Below are positions 60,474-64,000 of a stretch of DNA of 64,000 nucleotides, in pieces. The first letter of the stretch is position 1, and every line of letters begins with the position of its first letter. This DNA comes from Nitrospirales bacterium. Lineage in GTDB: Bacteria; Nitrospirota; Nitrospiria; Nitrospirales; UBA8639. Location: positions 1 to 64,000 of the forward strand of contig CBDBCZ010000016.1 of NCBI GenBank assembly GCA_965203295.1, read 5' to 3'. The position numbers were made by a program, and so were the translations under genes. Below the pieces are notes generated by a model, which was given only the letters and a program-made list of their open reading frames with translations, searched no databases and was not told the DNA's origin.

Positions 60474-61801
60474 TGTAACGGAGGTCTCCTCCAGCAGTAT
60501 TTAGCCTTAGGCTGGAGTCGAAGATTGACTCCATTGTAGACAGTATGGCTATTGTGAGCTGTTGTGCATTCTTGTGTTGTCAATGTTTCTGGGCATTCTT
60601 CTGTTGTTCATGTCTGCCAGCATTGTGTTTCTGTCCACCAGCCTGCATTTCTTTCTGAAGCATTCTTTCGTTGTCATGTTAAAGTCTATAAAAGCAGTCC
60701 ATTCTTCTGTAAGACGCTGTTGATCCATTACTGTTGTAAAAAGTCTGTCATCTTTGTTCTGCGCTGCGTGCTCGCTGCTACGGCGAAGTTATAACCCGCG
60801 GGGTTCGCTACAATTGGTGTCAGGAGTGGGATAGCAGATGAGCACGAGAGCAGCTACTAGACAGCAGGAACTGGAAGAACAGCTGGCGAAGCTCATCGGC
60901 ATGATGGGGCAGCAACAAGAGCGCCAGGAGCAGCAGCAAGAGCGGCAGGAGGCGAAGCTCATCGGCATGATGGAGCAACAGCTAGCGGGAGCGACAGGAG
61001 CAGCTCGCGAGTGAGCAGCGGCAGTGGCAAAAGGAGCTGGCCCATCAGCAGGAGCAGCAGCTGGAGCAGCTGGTAGAAAGGCAATGGAAAGTACTGGAAA
61101 ATAAGCAGCTGGAGGGGGAGCAGCAAGTGGAAGCTCTTCAGTGCGATCTAGGACGTACCAAGGATGCCGTGGAGGGCAGATTCCAGACGGCCGAAGGCTG
61201 GCTAGCAAGCTGCAAACCTCGCATCGAGTGCTGGCCGAGGAGATGCGGGAAAGCCAGGCCTCTTTGAGGGAGGAAGTACAGACAAAGCTGGAGACCCTTC
61301 AGAGCGTCGAGAAGAAGTCGCCAGAAACAACGCTCTCTCCGTCGTTGCGCGCATCTGCAGTCGAGCTCGAGGAGACGCGGACAAGTCAGGCATCTGTGAA
61401 ACAGGAACGGCAGACGAAGCCGGAGAGTTCTGAGGAGAAGCCGACGGGGAGCGCGTCCTCTCCTCCCTTGCGGGCATCTGCAGTGGAGTTTATTACTACT
61501 GTGAATTCTTTCCTTGCAGGGGCAGATGACGGCATACATCGAACCTGTACGGGAGGTGGGGTTCTGCATGCAGCGACCACCACCGTACGACGGGCGTTCA
61601 TCTCGGAAGGCCTATATACCGGGCCCAATTCGAGATGTTGAGCCAGCTGAACCACTGGACAGAGACAGAGAAGGCCACACTACTGGCGGTGAGCCTAAGA
61701 GGAGCGGCCCTGACTGTCTTGTCCAATCTCACAAGTGAACGTCGCGGTGACTATAGAGCTTTGGTCATCGCCATGGAGAAGCGCTTTGGAGCCGACCAGT
61801 T
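60474..61801 (+). mobile_element. Duplicate of the truncated Gypsy element
   Basis: Offset +48286 from 12188-13515, with the same LTR, PBS (60815-60832) and gag. Confidence 0.88.
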
Positions 61802-64000
61802 TTACAGACCAGTTTCTGTTTTCCCTTCTTCTTTTTCATTTAGCCCATTTCAATACATGATGGGACACCAGTATCAGATCCCAGTTCTACACACCAAAGA
61901 AGGAATACTCACGGTAGGTTCGATTTGTTGGAATGTAAGTCTGCACTATTGGTTTTATTTGAGTCGGACATTCAATACCATTATTTTTACAGTACTTCTG
62001 AAATTTTTATGATATGTAATTATTTTTACAGTACTTCTGAAATTTTTATGATATGTAATTATTTTTACAGTACTTCTGGAATTTCTGTGGGCCATATGAG
62101 TATTATGTTTCCAAAATCTAGACATACATGTGCAGGAGGATTGAGCCCCCCCCCCCCCCCACACACACACACACACACACACACAAAAGCAATCTGGATT
62201 GATTTTAAAATTTCCTTCACACCAGTTGGTACCCATCTAGTGTCTAGTGTAACGTAGCCTCCACACACGCACACACACACTTTTAGTAGCTGTACCCACC
62301 CCTGATGTGACACTCGTTAATTGCATTCAGCCTGCTATGATTACTACAGTATATGTGTGTACATATTGTTATTCTTGGTCCTGTTTTAGGACAGGATGTT
62401 GTGGAACAAAGAGCAAGAGCAGGAGAGGATTCTGAAAGCAACTCTTTGCTACGTATACATGATGCCCTCATTGAGAAGGTATATTAAATATGTTTTACTC
62501 ATGGAATCTCATTCTAGCTACATCCCTGGCCCTCCTACATGCAGGCCAAAATAGATAGCACAGGATAGTTGCTCTTGGCGTCGTAGAACACATTATTGTG
62601 ATGCACATTTTGTATTAAGTGGTTTATTTTCCTTGCTGGAAAACTTGCTGTATACACTCGAAAAGATGGTTAGTCTGAGTGGGCCATCAGCCTGTTCTGA
62701 TCATTGGCCCTTACTTACATGTACATGTACATGTATGTACACAGCTGACTATGTACATACATGTATCTGCTTTTCAAGGTTTGTGTACTGGATTCTGAAA
62801 TACAAGTTGCATACATATTCAGACTACATGCCACGTTTTACAGGATTATCAAGTGCAGTGCCTAACTGACAAGAGTCTGTAGGCTGGCTCTGTTTGAGTC
62901 TGAGAGCCAAAGAAAGGATGCTGTTATAGCTGAACTAAGGAAAGAACTGGCTGCTTACAAGAAGAACCCAAAGGCTAAAGATCTGAGGTATGTAAATTAT
63001 GTGGAAAACAAGGCAGAAATATTGTAGAGACTGCGTATAGCTCTGAACATTCCTACTCTGTCAAAGCTGCGTATGGGCATCATGCATATGAAACACACAC
63101 ACACATTTTCCATCTTAGCTTGTAATAGGCTTTACTAGGTTTGGATCACTCTCTGCTTCATACTAATCATTGCATGTTTAACTGCTCATGTTACATGTAG
63201 TTGTGGTGCTTTCACAGTTAGTTTCAAAGTAATGTATACAATGTTTTGCATACGTAGTTATGTTTCTATGGAGGAGCACCTGGAATCATTTGAAAGTCGT
63301 TTGTAAGAAATGATATCTGGTGTAGAAATGCTGAAGAAACAGGTCTGTATCACTTCAGACTGCCAGTATAAACCTTTATGTATGTATGTACCTACGCACA
63401 TGTATGTATGTTAATTACACATTTGGTCAACAGCATGGGCAGGTGCATGTTGAAACTTACTTGCATACAAAGCATGTGGCATACTACGTTCTACTGTAGA
63501 CCACACGTTTATCCAGAATTTTGAATTGTTATCTTTAACAGCTAGCTGACACTGAGAGCCAACTGCAGTCTGCTACTAGCCGTAGCTCTTCACTCTGGAA
63601 AGAGCTGATGGGCAAGGATGCCACTGTGACTTCACTGACTCAGGAAAACCGGAGATTACAGGAGGAGAGCAAACTTTCTGCATGGCGCTCCTCTCAACTG
63701 AAACAAGAGTGTTGAGAAAGACGTACATCTAATGCTTCCCTTCAAAAGCAGGTCAGCATCATGTTCACTGTATACATATGTGTGTCATGTACATAACATT
63801 GGGTATGGTGATTCTGTGTACATACAGCTCTTGTGTGCATGTACGTCTATGTTTGGTCTAGGGCAATGTACATGTTCACACCTTCCGGATTTTAAAGGTA
63901 TTGTTAACTTGAAGGCCTGGTACTCGGGCAAAAACCTGGGACTATTTATTTGAATTATAAGTGCCCAGTTATGCTTACCAGAAGATTGTGTTAGCAGTAA

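Overview
AT-rich animal genomic DNA with short GT-AG introns, many TACATGTA motifs and TAG-terminated MITEs; a demosponge is my inference. No intact protein-coding gene is evident. The key structure is an intronless ADP-ribosylarginine hydrolase (ARH1/ADPRH) gene on the minus strand, cut in two by a 30,509-bp insertion (3321-33829). The insertion has 56-bp terminal inverted repeats (TGT...ACA, 55/56 identical) and an exact 6-bp target-site duplication (AGGGAC). Removing it restores the ARH1 frame (FLGSLATA). The element has arrays of TIR-like motifs near one end and no recognisable transposase. Its cargo is a tandemly duplicated ~14-kb block of intron-containing coiled-coil (FHAD1-like) host gene fragments, a Gypsy LTR-PBS-gag remnant, MITEs and a 1.4-kb palindrome. 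Its ends also form an in-frame GT...AG pair on the ARH1 strand. Positions 1-15685 recur about 47.8 kb downstream (47820-64000) as a near-identical duplicate. The spacer holds a decayed LINE, tRNA-derived repeats and a Penelope-type hammerhead ribozyme.
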